DNA of 64,000 bases, from positions 124,001-188,000 of the IMG/VR virus record IMGVR_UViG_3300036715_003906. One strand, 5' to 3'. Shown here piece by piece: positions 16,388 through 25,993 of the stretch. The notes beneath the pieces are model-generated. The model was not told the origin of the DNA and made no database searches. It was given only the letters and a program-made list of their open reading frames with translations. The stretch's first letter is position 1. Each line of letters begins with the position of its first letter. Made by a program: the position numbers and the translations under genes.

Positions 16388-17491
16388 TCAGACCAGGGTG
16401 AACACGTTGCTGGCGAGGGTGGTGTACCGGACCTGGACCGTGACCCCCGCCGCGACGCCCGCCGGCACGAGTCCCGCCGGGATGACGATCGAGGTGGCCG
16501 AGACCGTGCCCCCGAGCCGGATGATCGTCGACTGGTCGAGCGTCAGGGGCTCGGGGGACGTGAAGAACTTGACCCGGGTCGCGCGGACCTCGGCGTTCGG
16601 GGTCCCCTTGCTTGCCAGACCGACACCGGTGAGGGTCACCGCGCCCGCCCCGGGGGTGTTGACCTGGGCGTTCGAGAGGGTGGGGACGGGGGCCGTGAAG
16701 GCGGTCGTGCCGTCGTCCGCCAGGACCACCACCGCCGCGCCCGAGGAGATGGGCGGGAGACGGTTGACGTCCGGGTTGAACGGGGCCGAGCGGAGCTTGG
16801 CGAGGTGGCCGACCTCGAAGGACTTGATCGCCACGTCGGTCTCGACGAACCGGGGGGCCATCGCATCCTGGATGATGAGGAGCGAGGCCGCGATGAGACC
16901 CGGGCCGAGCTGGCCCCGGACCGTCACGTCGGACACGTCCACCGGCCCGCCCACCGGCACCGTGGCCGCGATCAGGGTGGCCGCCGAGGGGACCGCGAAG
17001 ATCTGGCCACCCGCGCCGAGGACGAGGGGGGTGTTGGCGGTCGAGCCGTTGCCGGTCGTGTCGTTCTGGATGCGCGCCCCGGTCCCGGTCGCCCGGGTGA
17101 GGAAGACCACCCGCAGGGGCTGCGTGGGGCTCACCGCCGCCACGAAGGGGGTCCCCGCGAGGACCGTATTGATGCCCGCCACGAGGGTCGTGGCGCTGGT
17201 GTAGGCCGCCGTGGGGATGAGGTAGGAGACGAAGCTGTCCGCCACCTGCTGCTTGAGCTTCAGCGTCTGGTTGCCGGCATTGATCGTGAGGGGGAACGTG
17301 ATGTCCCCGGTGCTCCCCATGGACGCCGAGACCAGACTCGCGAGCAGGGTCGTCAGGGAAGCGACACGGGGACGGTCGACGTACCGCGTCTGCCCCAGGG
17401 GCTCCAGAGCGGGGTCGAGCTGGCTCGTCGGTTCGAGGTCAGCCAGAAACACTTGCTGGGGGAGGTCCCCCCGGATGACGGCAACGCGCAT
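16388..17491 (-). CDS. Putative virion surface / decoration protein (C-terminal IPT/Ig-like domain)
   Basis: Thr/Gly/Ala-rich; C-terminal GG.VSATSIVIPA shared with 17512..18114; AGGAG RBS. Confidence 0.6.
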   Translation of the reverse strand: MRVAVIRGDLPQQVFLADLEPTSQLDPALEPLGQTRYVDRPRVASLTTLLASLVSASMGSTGDITFPLTINAGNQTLKLKQQVADSFVSYLIPTAAYTSATTLVAGINTVLAGTPFVAAVSPTQPLRVVFLTRATGTGARIQNDTTGNGSTANTPLVLGAGGQIFAVPSAATLIAATVPVGGPVDVSDVTVRGQLGPGLIAASLLIIQDAMAPRFVETDVAIKSFEVGHLAKLRSAPFNPDVNRLPPISSGAAVVVLADDGTTAFTAPVPTLSNAQVNTPGAGAVTLTGVGLASKGTPNAEVRATRVKFFTSPEPLTLDQSTIIRLGGTVSATSIVIPAGLVPAGVAAGVTVQVRYTTLASNVFTLV

Positions 17492-17511
17492 GGGATGCTC
17501 CTACTGGGGGT

Positions 17512-18114
17512 TCAGGACAGTGCCACGTTCGCCGACAGCTTGTCGTCAGCGAGAACCTGGGCCGAGGTCGTGGAGGTGGCGACCCCGGGGATCAGGGCCG
17601 CCGGGATGACGATCGAGGTGGCACTGAGGGTGCCGCCCCCCGTGGTGATCTGGGTCTGGGTCAGCGTGATCGGCCCGCCCGTTCCCGTCAGCAGGACCTT
17701 GGTGAGATTCGGGCTGAGGCTGACGAAGCCCGTCCCCGTCAGCATGAGGGCGCCCGCCGAGGGGGTGTCGAGGTCCGCGATCGTCAGCACCGGGGCTGCC
17801 AGGTCGGCCGCCGTGAAGCTCACGACACCGATGAGGCCCGCCGCCTGGAGCTTCGAGATCTTGCCCTTGCCCGCCGACAGCGTGACCCGTGCGGTCTCCG
17901 CGAGGTCGATGTACCCCGCGATGGTGGCGTCCGTGGGCTTCACCCGGGGGACGTAGCAAGACTGCTTCGTGCGGTTGGCGTAGCCATCCCGGACGTAAGC
18001 CTTGGGGTCCCCGGACGAGCCGAGACGGTGAGCGTTCTTGTTCGGCAGGCCGTCGTCAATGTCATCGACGAGGATGCCCCCGGCCATGGTCTGCTTGTGG
18101 ATGATCCTGAGCAT
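17512..18114 (-). CDS. Putative virion surface protein, paralog of 16388..17491
   Basis: GGAG RBS before ATG 18114; LTGTGF...GGTLSATSIVIPAALIPG. Confidence 0.6.
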   Translation of the reverse strand: MLRIIHKQTMAGGILVDDIDDGLPNKNAHRLGSSGDPKAYVRDGYANRTKQSCYVPRVKPTDATIAGYIDLAETARVTLSAGKGKISKLQAAGLIGVVSFTAADLAAPVLTIADLDTPSAGALMLTGTGFVSLSPNLTKVLLTGTGGPITLTQTQITTGGGTLSATSIVIPAALIPGVATSTTSAQVLADDKLSANVALS

Positions 18115-19037
18115 CGGGTTTCTCCTGGGGGGACAACGCCGCCCTCGTTCCGGGGGAGCCATAAGAAAAAACGCAAAGTGTCGCCCAGACGATGCGCGTC
18201 CTCGTACCCCTGCTGTGCCATCCGCTGAATCCCGTCAGGGTCGAAGCGGAGGGGGTCCTCGGCGAGAACCTGGCTCGGCATGAGGAGCCGGATCTTGACC
18301 CGCCGGTACTCCGGCCGCAGCTCGCAGAGATCGTTCTTGAGGCCCGCCACCGCAAGGTCCGCGATCTGGATCTGGGCCGATTGGATGTCGAGGGTCCGCA
18401 CGAGGAAGCCCGGGATGGCGTGGGCCAGCGACGGATCGAAGGGCTCCAGGTGGTCGGGGTTGTTGCAGAGGATGACGTCCACCTCATCGGCCCCGAGCCG
18501 GATCGCCTCCCCGAGCGGGGTGATGGATCGCAGCCCCCCATCACTCCAGAGCCGCCCCTCGATCTCGACCGGGGTCAACATCACCGGGTAGCTCGCGCTG
18601 GCGGTCACCCACTGGGTAAGGTTCTCCGACGTCTCCGTCGCCACCCGCACCTCGGCCGTATCCCAGGCAACGGCACTCACCCGGAGGCGCTTGCCCGAGG
18701 TCTGGATGGACGTGACGTTGAGGCCCCCCGAAAGCCAGTCCTGGAGAGGGGCGGAATCGTACACGGACCGCTCCCAGAGACCCGACGCGGCCCCGAAAGG
18801 GAACCACCGCCGCCAGACCTTCCTGTCCGAGACCTGCCGCCAGAGTCGGTCGAGGGACTGGAAGGCCCCCACCGCCAGCCCCGCGCCGAACTGGGCGAGG
18901 AAGGCAGCGTTGATCGCCCCGACCGAGATTCCGCAGAAGATGTCGTAGTCGATGCGATCCTCGCCGAGCCACTTCCCGAGGGCTCCGACCTGGTACGCAC
19001 CCTTCGACCCACCCCCGGAAAGGACAAGTGCTCTCAT
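17940..19037 (-). CDS. Patatin-like phospholipase
   Basis: GGGSKG (Gly-rich loop), GISVG (GxSxG nucleophile) and DGG motifs; start ATG 19037. Probable true end near 18162; the C-terminal run-on overlaps the next gene. Confidence 0.9.
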   Translation of the reverse strand: MRALVLSGGGSKGAYQVGALGKWLGEDRIDYDIFCGISVGAINAAFLAQFGAGLAVGAFQSLDRLWRQVSDRKVWRRWFPFGAASGLWERSVYDSAPLQDWLSGGLNVTSIQTSGKRLRVSAVAWDTAEVRVATETSENLTQWVTASASYPVMLTPVEIEGRLWSDGGLRSITPLGEAIRLGADEVDVILCNNPDHLEPFDPSLAHAIPGFLVRTLDIQSAQIQIADLAVAGLKNDLCELRPEYRRVKIRLLMPSQVLAEDPLRFDPDGIQRMAQQGYEDAHRLGDTLRFFLWLPRNEGGVVPPGETRCSGSSTSRPWPGASSSMTLTTACRTRTLTVSARPGTPRLTSGMATPTARSSLATSPG

Positions 19038-19690
19038 ACCCCCCGCGGGGGTATAAGTAAGCGCATGGCGTGGGTGAACGAAGCCGAGAAGGCGACTGTC
19101 CCGCCCGCACCCCGAACGAAGAGGCTCGACACCGTCCCGATGAAGGTCGTGTACTGGGCCCCCGGGGCGACGTAATACGGGTCGCCCCCCGCGTCCGTCC
19201 CCACCCACAGCCCGTTCGTGGCGCTCTGGTTGACGACCTGAAGATCACGGGCCAGCCGGGAGAGGTCGATCTGCGTCGAGTTCACCGGAGCCGCGCCCTG
19301 CGGCGCCGACCCGTTGACCGTGATGACCTGGTAGCCGTGGTACATCGAGTCAGGGAGCAACATGGTCACGGGCGACATAACCACCGCCCCGCCTCCCGCC
19401 GCCGTCACGTACTTGAGCTGGAGGTAGTTCACCACCGTGTCCGTGAGGCCGTGCTGAGCCGGGTCGAACACCACACGAATGCGGTCCCCCTGGTTCAGCA
19501 TGTCGAGCACGGCCGGGTTGATCGTGTCGTCCCGGAAGCCCGTCTGCCCGAAGGCGAAGAGCTGCAAGTGCGTGGTCGCGTCGAAGGACGCACCCCCGAA
19601 GATCTGGTAGCTCCCGGCCAGGGCGTTGGGGGTCACCAGGAAGTCGACGATCCCGGGCCGACGCCGGTTGCAGTACATCGAACGGGCCAT
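19034..19690 (-). CDS. Putative virion structural protein
   Basis: Beta-rich; C-terminal SSLFVRGAGGTVAFSASF; TGATG-coupled start. Confidence 0.55.
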   Translation of the reverse strand: MARSMYCNRRRPGIVDFLVTPNALAGSYQIFGGASFDATTHLQLFAFGQTGFRDDTINPAVLDMLNQGDRIRVVFDPAQHGLTDTVVNYLQLKYVTAAGGGAVVMSPVTMLLPDSMYHGYQVITVNGSAPQGAAPVNSTQIDLSRLARDLQVVNQSATNGLWVGTDAGGDPYYVAPGAQYTTFIGTVSSLFVRGAGGTVAFSASFTHAMRLLIPPRGV

Positions 19691-20145
19691 CAGCCCACCT
19701 TCTTCACAAGGGGATCATAGGTGGACGCCGACTCCTTGGCCGCCTGCATGGCGAGGCCGCTGTCCCCCGTCTCCGCCTTGACCTCCCGCACCGCGGTGTC
19801 GAAAGCGAGCGACCGAGCCTCCTCCCAGCTCTCCGTCCGCTGCCCGGCGAAGTTCGGCAGGAGCCGCGTCGTCGGCGCATGGTCCTTCTGGCGGCGCTCC
19901 ATGACCCCCTGCCGGGCCGCCCGGTACTTGTTCTCCCGGAGGCCCTTGCTCGTCCAGCCGCCGCTCTCTCCATCCCGGAGAATGAAGTTCACGCTCCCCG
20001 GGTCAAACACGAGGGTGACGGCCCCCTCGCAGTCGGCGCAAGCCAGGGTCGACGCCCCCAGCTTCACGGCGTCATAGTCGGTGAAGCTGAGCTTGACCTG
20101 GGCTTGCTTCTGGCACTTCTGGCAGGCAGTCGCGTACATCGGCAT
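19690..20145 (-). CDS. FmdB-family zinc-ribbon protein
   Basis: MPMY...CQKC...C.DC.G...V......F.L..G.SGGW, the FmdB Zn-ribbon pattern. Confidence 0.75.
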   Translation of the reverse strand: MPMYATACQKCQKQAQVKLSFTDYDAVKLGASTLACADCEGAVTLVFDPGSVNFILRDGESGGWTSKGLRENKYRAARQGVMERRQKDHAPTTRLLPNFAGQRTESWEEARSLAFDTAVREVKAETGDSGLAMQAAKESASTYDPLVKKVG

Positions 20146-20157
20146 GGGACTCGGACA

Positions 20158-20925
20158 CTACTCCGTCCGCCAGCCCTTGACCAGATCAAGCACGGCCGCG
20201 ACGTGCTTGCAGATCCGCTGCTCCCCGTGGGGGTCACGTTCCCGAGGAGAGGCCGCCGTGCCCCTCGGGGAGCCCTCCAGGTAGCCCTCGCGCCGGGCAT
20301 GGTGCTCCGGCCCCTGCCAGACCCACGCCGGGCAGGAGCAGGCCACCCGGAGGGGCACGTCCCGGAGGAGCCCCACCCCGTCCGCCCGAAGGCGCACCAG
20401 GCGGGCCGGGCCCGAGCTGCGGACCGAGAAGGTGAAGAGGCCAGGCTCCCGGGTCTTGACCGAGACACGGCAGGACCGCGCCTTGGCCTCGACGTGGGGG
20501 TCGCCCCCCCGGACGATGTCCCCGAGTGTCATCGCGACCAGGGGGCGCCGAGCGAGGAGGGTGCGCTCCGTCAGGTCGAGGGCGATCTTGGTGTGGCGAC
20601 GGTCCTCCCGGTAGGGGTACTTCGTCTTGCCCGTCCCGTCGTAGGGCCCCTCGCCGTTGTACCCGATCCCGTCGTGCTTGTCGGCGTTGTCCTCGCGGGT
20701 GTCGATCCGGCTCCGGTCTTTGAGGAGGTCGTCGGCGTCGTCCACCCGGTGGATGGACTCATCCTCGATGTCGGGCTCTCGCGGACCCTCGTCGGAGGGC
20801 TTGGCGAAGGTCTTGGACCCGGGGAGCCCCGAGTCCACCGGCAAGCCCTTGTCCGCTGGTCCGCCTCCCGGCAGTCCCGACTCCCCCACGACGCCGTAGG
20901 CCGGGCGGCTGACCAGCGGGCTCAT
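20158..20925 (-). CDS. SWIM zinc-finger protein
   Basis: CSCPAW.WQG.EHHA ... ICKHVAAVL (CxC...CxH). Confidence 0.7.
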   Translation of the reverse strand: MSPLVSRPAYGVVGESGLPGGGPADKGLPVDSGLPGSKTFAKPSDEGPREPDIEDESIHRVDDADDLLKDRSRIDTREDNADKHDGIGYNGEGPYDGTGKTKYPYREDRRHTKIALDLTERTLLARRPLVAMTLGDIVRGGDPHVEAKARSCRVSVKTREPGLFTFSVRSSGPARLVRLRADGVGLLRDVPLRVACSCPAWVWQGPEHHARREGYLEGSPRGTAASPRERDPHGEQRICKHVAAVLDLVKGWRTE

Positions 20926-20926
20926 G

Positions 20927-22279
20927 TCACTGCCCCGAGGTGCCCCAGGCCAGGCCCGCGCCCGCCGGGGTGGGGGTGGTCGACCCGGCCAGCTCCCGGG
21001 CGGTCTTCATGTCGACCCAGCCGCGGTCCCTGATCCAGAACCCGTGACCCCGGCTCGCCCCGTAGGTGGCGTCGATGCCGCGCCGGGCGAGGGCCATCCC
21101 GACCTCGCTGGCCTCCTTCTGGATGCTGGCCGCCTTGTACTGGTCCTTGACGACGTCCTTGTACTTGTCGTTCATGTTGTCCCAGGTCTCGGCGTCCGCG
21201 GGGGCCATGTGCTTCTTTGGGTCCGCCGGCTTCCCCGCGGGGAAGCGCGCCGAGAGGTCGAAGCCGTCCTCGCCCTCGTCCCCCTGGCCGATCTTGGCCT
21301 GGAGCTTCGCGACGGCCTTCTCGGCCTTCTTGTGGCTGGCGGTGAGGTCCTTGACCGCGTCCCCGAACGCCTTGGCCTCCGCCTTGATCCGGTCGTGCTC
21401 CATGAGGTCGTCGAGAACCTGCTCGGTCCCCCGGACCACCAGGGAGACCGGGCGGGTCATCTGGAGGATGTCGCGCTCGATGTCCTCGACCGCGTCCATG
21501 ATCGTCACCCCGATGCTGGCCGCCTTGTCCTTGACAACGTTCTTGTTCTTGTCGTGCATCTCGTCGATGCGCTTGGCCTCCTCGTCGGTGATCTTGGGGT
21601 TCTCCTTCTGGAACGCCTGCCCCGCGCCCGCCTCGATCTCGGCCTCGCTGAGCAAGGTGGCCGCCATGATCTTCCGCAGGTCCCCTGCCAGGAGGAGCCG
21701 CTGGGGCCGGGGGGTCCCGCGCAGGTAGTCGGCCATCTGCCGGAAGATGCCCGCGGCCGAAGCCGCCGCCCTCTTGGGACGGCCCCCTTCGAGGGCGGCG
21801 AGGATGCGAGCGAGCTTCTGGACGGGGATCGCCCCCGTGGCCTCCGTCTCGTCAGCGAGGATCTGGAGGTAGGCGGCGGCTTGGTGGGGGGTCATGGGGA
21901 CTCCTTGGTGGGATCGGCGGTTCAGGTAACGCATACGGATATCCTCGGCGACCGCTTCCAGCTCGTCGACCTTCTCGGGTTTGAGCCCTTGCTTGGTCTC
22001 CTCGTAGTCCAGCTTGGCCGCAGCCAGAGCCGCAGCGTCGAGGGCCTTGGACAACCGGAAGAGGGCATCGGGCACGCCCTGGAGCAAGTCCCCCGCCACC
22101 TCGAACACCTCGTCCTTGTGGCCGGACTTGTTGACGAGTTCGAGCCCGGACTGGACGTACCCCTGAAGCTGCTCGGCCCGGAGCCGAGCGTCGCCCAGCT
22201 CTTCGAGGAGGAAGATCAGAATCCCGGCCGCAGCTTCCTTGGACCAGCCCGCGTCAGCCGGGAGAGGATAGGACGTCAT
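20927..22279 (-). CDS. Hypothetical protein, probable internal head protein
   Basis: GGAGG RBS before ATG 22279; modular helical segments separated by KxA motifs. Confidence 0.55.
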   Translation of the reverse strand: MTSYPLPADAGWSKEAAAGILIFLLEELGDARLRAEQLQGYVQSGLELVNKSGHKDEVFEVAGDLLQGVPDALFRLSKALDAAALAAAKLDYEETKQGLKPEKVDELEAVAEDIRMRYLNRRSHQGVPMTPHQAAAYLQILADETEATGAIPVQKLARILAALEGGRPKRAAASAAGIFRQMADYLRGTPRPQRLLLAGDLRKIMAATLLSEAEIEAGAGQAFQKENPKITDEEAKRIDEMHDKNKNVVKDKAASIGVTIMDAVEDIERDILQMTRPVSLVVRGTEQVLDDLMEHDRIKAEAKAFGDAVKDLTASHKKAEKAVAKLQAKIGQGDEGEDGFDLSARFPAGKPADPKKHMAPADAETWDNMNDKYKDVVKDQYKAASIQKEASEVGMALARRGIDATYGASRGHGFWIRDRGWVDMKTARELAGSTTPTPAGAGLAWGTSGQ

Positions 22280-22311
22280 CACATCCTCCCCGGGCACAAG
22301 TAAACGAGCGA

Positions 22312-23454
22312 TCAGCCGAAGATCTCGGGGAACTCGTCCACGAGGGCGGCCTTGACCTCGTCCCCCTCGGCCGCGAACACGGCCCGGAGGATGTCGGGGC
22401 GGTCGTCGAAGTCCGCGTGGAGCCGCGCCATCTTCTTCTTGAGGGGCTGCGTGAAGTCGTAGAGGTCCGGGAAGTCCGGGCACACCGACTTCGCGATCTT
22501 CCGCCGGATGTCCTCCCCCGCCGGCTTCATGATCACGGCCGGCCGCGGGGCCTCCCGGTTCACGGTGCCCACGATGCGCGCCCCGTCCACATCCCCGACC
22601 CCATCCTTGAGGGGGGAAAGGTCCACGGGGGCGTCGAAGCCCGACCCGGTGCTGGTGTGCAGCGTGATCCCCTCGACCGTGTGGGTCGTGGGCCGCTGGA
22701 CACGGGCCACCTGGGTATGCGCCCGAACGGGCTCCCGGGACACCGTGGTCGCGTCGTACTGCGACCGGACAAAGGACTTCTTCGCCAGGTACTCCTCCCG
22801 CTCATCGGGGGACAGCCCGGCGAGGAACTCGTCCTCCGTCCGCCCCTGGCCGGGGTCGATGACGCCGCTCGTGGTGGCCTGGCGGATCGCATCGTAGGTC
22901 GACGAACCGGTCAGGGTCGTCCGCGCCTGCTTCGATGCCTCCCCCGAGAGCGTCTTGAGCTGCCGGACCGGCACCCCGTCTTGCATGTCCGCCCCACCCA
23001 CCGTGGGCATCTGCTGCCGGGCCACCCGGGGCGGGGTATTGCGCTCACGGGCCGCCGTGGCGTGGTCCTTGACCGAGGACATGACCTCCCGCTCGTCGTG
23101 CTGGGTCAGTGCCATCGTCATCCGGGACGCACCCCCGTTGGGCTGCATCGGGTTTCCCCCGTTCGTCGAGTGCCGGACCTGCACACCGGCCGAGGGCCGC
23201 AGCACCGCAGCGTTCTCGTCGTAGACCTCCTCGGGGACCAGCCAACCGGCCCGATACGCCCCGATGACCTCGGGGGCCGGGTGCACGGTCCCCCCGTACT
23301 CGACGGTCGAGCCGTCGAAGTATACGACCGACCCACGATGGATCGTGAGGCCGGTCTTGCCCAGGGAGAACGTGCGGGTGGCGGTGAGGGGCGTGTGTTT
23401 CCCACGCTCGAAATGAATCGTGTTCTGGATCGGGGTCGGGGTCGGGGTCGGCAT
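22312..23454 (-). CDS. Hypothetical protein
   Basis: AGGAG RBS; coding-like codon usage. Confidence 0.6.
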   Translation of the reverse strand: MPTPTPTPIQNTIHFERGKHTPLTATRTFSLGKTGLTIHRGSVVYFDGSTVEYGGTVHPAPEVIGAYRAGWLVPEEVYDENAAVLRPSAGVQVRHSTNGGNPMQPNGGASRMTMALTQHDEREVMSSVKDHATAARERNTPPRVARQQMPTVGGADMQDGVPVRQLKTLSGEASKQARTTLTGSSTYDAIRQATTSGVIDPGQGRTEDEFLAGLSPDEREEYLAKKSFVRSQYDATTVSREPVRAHTQVARVQRPTTHTVEGITLHTSTGSGFDAPVDLSPLKDGVGDVDGARIVGTVNREAPRPAVIMKPAGEDIRRKIAKSVCPDFPDLYDFTQPLKKKMARLHADFDDRPDILRAVFAAEGDEVKAALVDEFPEIFG

Positions 23455-23558
23455 CTGAATCTCCTGGGAAGGGCACGAGGAAGGCCCTAAACCCGGGAAA
23501 TAAAACAGAACATTATTGCCCGGTGGGGGGACAAGAAAAAGCGGTGTACCACAGGGGC

Positions 23559-24041
23559 ATGAGCCAGAGCTACAACCTCCAGCACCTGCAAGCCGTCGGA
23601 GCCGCCTACCTCGAATGTGTCGGGGGGAGCCATACCATCCCCAAGATCCGGGCGACCTTCGAGTACGATGCGAACGACATCGACATCCCCGTGTGGAAGC
23701 TCAAGGTATCGTGCCGCGCCCTCGACCGGATCACGGACGAGGGGAACCACATCCTCAAGGGCAAGAAGGTCTGGCAAGCGACGGGACGTACCGAAGGGGA
23801 GTGCATCCGGCGGGTCATCGCGGAGATGACGCGAGACATGGAGGCTCAGGCCCGCAAGGCAACCCATGTGGCGGACGTGTGGAGGTCCAAGGTGGAGGAC
23901 GTGAAGAAGAACCGCGACCTCACCCACCTCTGGACCAACCCCATCGCCGAAGTCGAAGCGGAGACGGAGCGCCACAGGAAAGACGACGACCACCTCCCCC
24001 AAGAGGCCCGCGTCATCCACTCCCGACGGAACCGCGTCTGA
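23559..24041 (+). CDS. Hypothetical protein (only plus-strand gene)
   Basis: GC3-biased codons in the plus frame; AT-rich divergent upstream region; its stop abuts the convergent gene's stop. Confidence 0.7.
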   Translation: MSQSYNLQHLQAVGAAYLECVGGSHTIPKIRATFEYDANDIDIPVWKLKVSCRALDRITDEGNHILKGKKVWQATGRTEGECIRRVIAEMTRDMEAQARKATHVADVWRSKVEDVKKNRDLTHLWTNPIAEVEAETERHRKDDDHLPQEARVIHSRRNRV

Positions 24042-24284
24042 TCAGGCCCGCTCGTGCATGGCCCGGAACCTCTGGCCGTTGCGGATGAGGAAGGTGTCCC
24101 CTACACGGAACTCGACGTAGACATCCGCGTGGTCGACGGTGATCGGATACCCCTTGATCATGTACGTCCCGGGGTTCTCGACGTAGGCCACATCCACGGT
24201 GGGCGGCTTGGGGCGCCAGGGGAGGACGGGGAGTGTGTCGTGCTCGATGACTTTTTTCCCAAAATAGCAGAAGGGCCGAGTCAC
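24042..24284 (-). CDS. Small hypothetical protein
   Basis: 80-aa ORF filling the gap after the capsid gene. Confidence 0.45.
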   Translation of the reverse strand: MTRPFCYFGKKVIEHDTLPVLPWRPKPPTVDVAYVENPGTYMIKGYPITVDHADVYVEFRVGDTFLIRNGQRFRAMHERA

Positions 24285-24313
24285 CGAAGGAACCCGGCCC
24301 TAAGCACGGCGCA

Positions 24314-24339
24314 CTGACCCACCCCCTCGCGGGGGTCAG
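24314..24339 (-). terminator. Stem-loop (GCGA tetraloop) just after the major capsid gene
   Basis: Minus strand CTGACCCCC-GCGA-GGGGGTGGGTCAG; no U-tract. Confidence 0.45.
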
Positions 24340-24343
24340 GGGA

Positions 24344-25222
24344 TCAGAAGCGCTGGACCACCATGCGGGTGAGCGCGCGGGGGTTGAAGGCGCCGATGCC
24401 GACGTTCTCGAAGCACGAGAAGCCGATCGTGCGGGCCTTGGGGTCGTCCGCCGAGAGGACGGTCAGCTCGGTCCGTACGGGGAAGCGGCCGAAGTTCTCG
24501 GGCTCGCCACACACGTAGACAAAGCCGACCGGGACGAGGCGCGAGATGATGATCTGCGCACCCCAGAGGACGGCCTGCAACCCCGTCTTCAGCAGGCTCG
24601 CCTGGGACTCGATGTCCAGGATATCACGCCCGAACTTGCGGATGTCCGCGTAGTCGACGGCGTTGAGGTAGATGCGGGCGACCCGGAGGTCGTGCCGCTC
24701 GATCTCGGCGAAGGCGTCGGCGAGGACGCTCGGCGAGATGGGGGCGATGACGGCGACGTCGGGGTTCGTCTGGCCGGGCAGGGTGTCGAAGCCCGACACC
24801 GCGATGCTGTCGAGGACAGCGAAGACTCGCTCGTCCTCCATGGCCTGGATCTGGGCCTTGGCGAGATCCTGGGCGCGCTCGATCAGGTCGAAGCGCCGCT
24901 CCTTGATCTGCGTGAGCGGGATCTCGGGGTTCGAGGCCAGCTCGAAGAGGGGGAAGATGACCCGCTTCGGCTTCTGGACGGCGAGGATGTTCTGTCCCTC
25001 CTCGCCGACCACATAAGCCGTGACATCGGGGTCCTTGTCGTAAATCGGGAGCGCCCCATCGGGCAGCTCCTCGACCAGAAACGTCTTCCTCCCGACGGCG
25101 GTGTAGTCGCGCCGGAGGCGCAACGGTTGGATCATCGAGGCCGCGAGCTTCGCGCGGCCCGCGGCGGTCTTGATGTACTCCGAGATGATCTGCTGCTTGA
25201 CTTCGTTGGAGACCGGGTTCAT
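24344..25222 (-). CDS. Major capsid protein (HK97-fold)
   Basis: 292 aa; last gene of the protease-scaffold-decoration-capsid order; strongest codon bias; GAGGAAG RBS; C-terminal IGFSCFENVGIGAFNP. Confidence 0.85.
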   Translation of the reverse strand: MNPVSNEVKQQIISEYIKTAAGRAKLAASMIQPLRLRRDYTAVGRKTFLVEELPDGALPIYDKDPDVTAYVVGEEGQNILAVQKPKRVIFPLFELASNPEIPLTQIKERRFDLIERAQDLAKAQIQAMEDERVFAVLDSIAVSGFDTLPGQTNPDVAVIAPISPSVLADAFAEIERHDLRVARIYLNAVDYADIRKFGRDILDIESQASLLKTGLQAVLWGAQIIISRLVPVGFVYVCGEPENFGRFPVRTELTVLSADDPKARTIGFSCFENVGIGAFNPRALTRMVVQRF

Positions 25223-25261
25223 GGGTCGTTCTTCCTCGTTGAAGGGGGGGTCCAGCGCCGC

Positions 25262-25888
25262 TCAGACCCGCAGGTCGAGGACCAGCAGGGGGAAGGTCGC
25301 GTCGGGGGCAACCTTGACGATGCCGATCAGGGTGACCTGCTGGATCGAGTTCTGGCCGACCACGTTGAACTCGTAGGCGTCGGCCAGGACGTTCGTCAGG
25401 AGGCCGTTGACCGAGGCGTAGAGCCGGTCGCCCGCGGCGAAGGTGACGGCCGTGCCGGGGGCGCTGATCTGCGTCTTGGTCTCGTAGATCGAGACGCCGA
25501 CGGTCGAGCCAGAGCCGCAGACGTAGGGCCCCTTGCCCGAGGCCACGCCGGGCGTGTTCTCGTAGGGGTTCCCGAGGGCGTCGTTGATCATGATACCGAG
25601 GGGGCGCTGGGCCGCCTGGTACACGCCGCCGGGAGCCGTGGGGCCGCCGTGGTAGCCGTTGCCGACGTCGGGCCGGGTGAAGGCGATCGAGCCGCCGAGG
25701 ACACCCGTCTTGGTGACGTTGGTGAGGGTACTGGACTTCTGCGAGGTGACAACCGGGGGGTTGGCCTGCGTGAAAGCGTCCGACGTCAGGTTACCCAGCG
25801 CATTGCGGGTAACGACGTGGAAGATCTGCACACGAGCCGAGGTCTCCCGGAAATCACCGCTCGCCTGTCCACCGATGGGGAATGCCAT
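25262..25888 (-). CDS. Capsid decoration / cement protein
   Basis: Immediately upstream of the MCP; PLGIMINDA.G..YEN..ASGKGPY motif, beta-rich. Confidence 0.65.
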   Translation of the reverse strand: MAFPIGGQASGDFRETSARVQIFHVVTRNALGNLTSDAFTQANPPVVTSQKSSTLTNVTKTGVLGGSIAFTRPDVGNGYHGGPTAPGGVYQAAQRPLGIMINDALGNPYENTPGVASGKGPYVCGSGSTVGVSIYETKTQISAPGTAVTFAAGDRLYASVNGLLTNVLADAYEFNVVGQNSIQQVTLIGIVKVAPDATFPLLVLDLRV

Positions 25889-25961
25889 GTTTGGTAACCT
25901 TGTGGGCTGAAAAGGGGGGTGATTCCGTTGTGATCTGATCTAGGCGCCCCAGGGGGACGAA

Positions 25962-25983
25962 GGGGGCGACCGAAGCGGCCCCC
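25962..25983 (-). terminator. UUCG-loop hairpin between the scaffold and decoration genes
   Basis: Minus strand GGGGGCCGC-TTCG-GTCGCCCCC with one mismatch. Confidence 0.35.
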
Positions 25984-25993
25984 TCGGGGAATC

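Noticed and set aside
23430-23452. GGGTCG hexamer repeat as a regulatory or iteron element
   Set aside because: It simply encodes the N-terminal PTPTPTP of gene 22312..23454.
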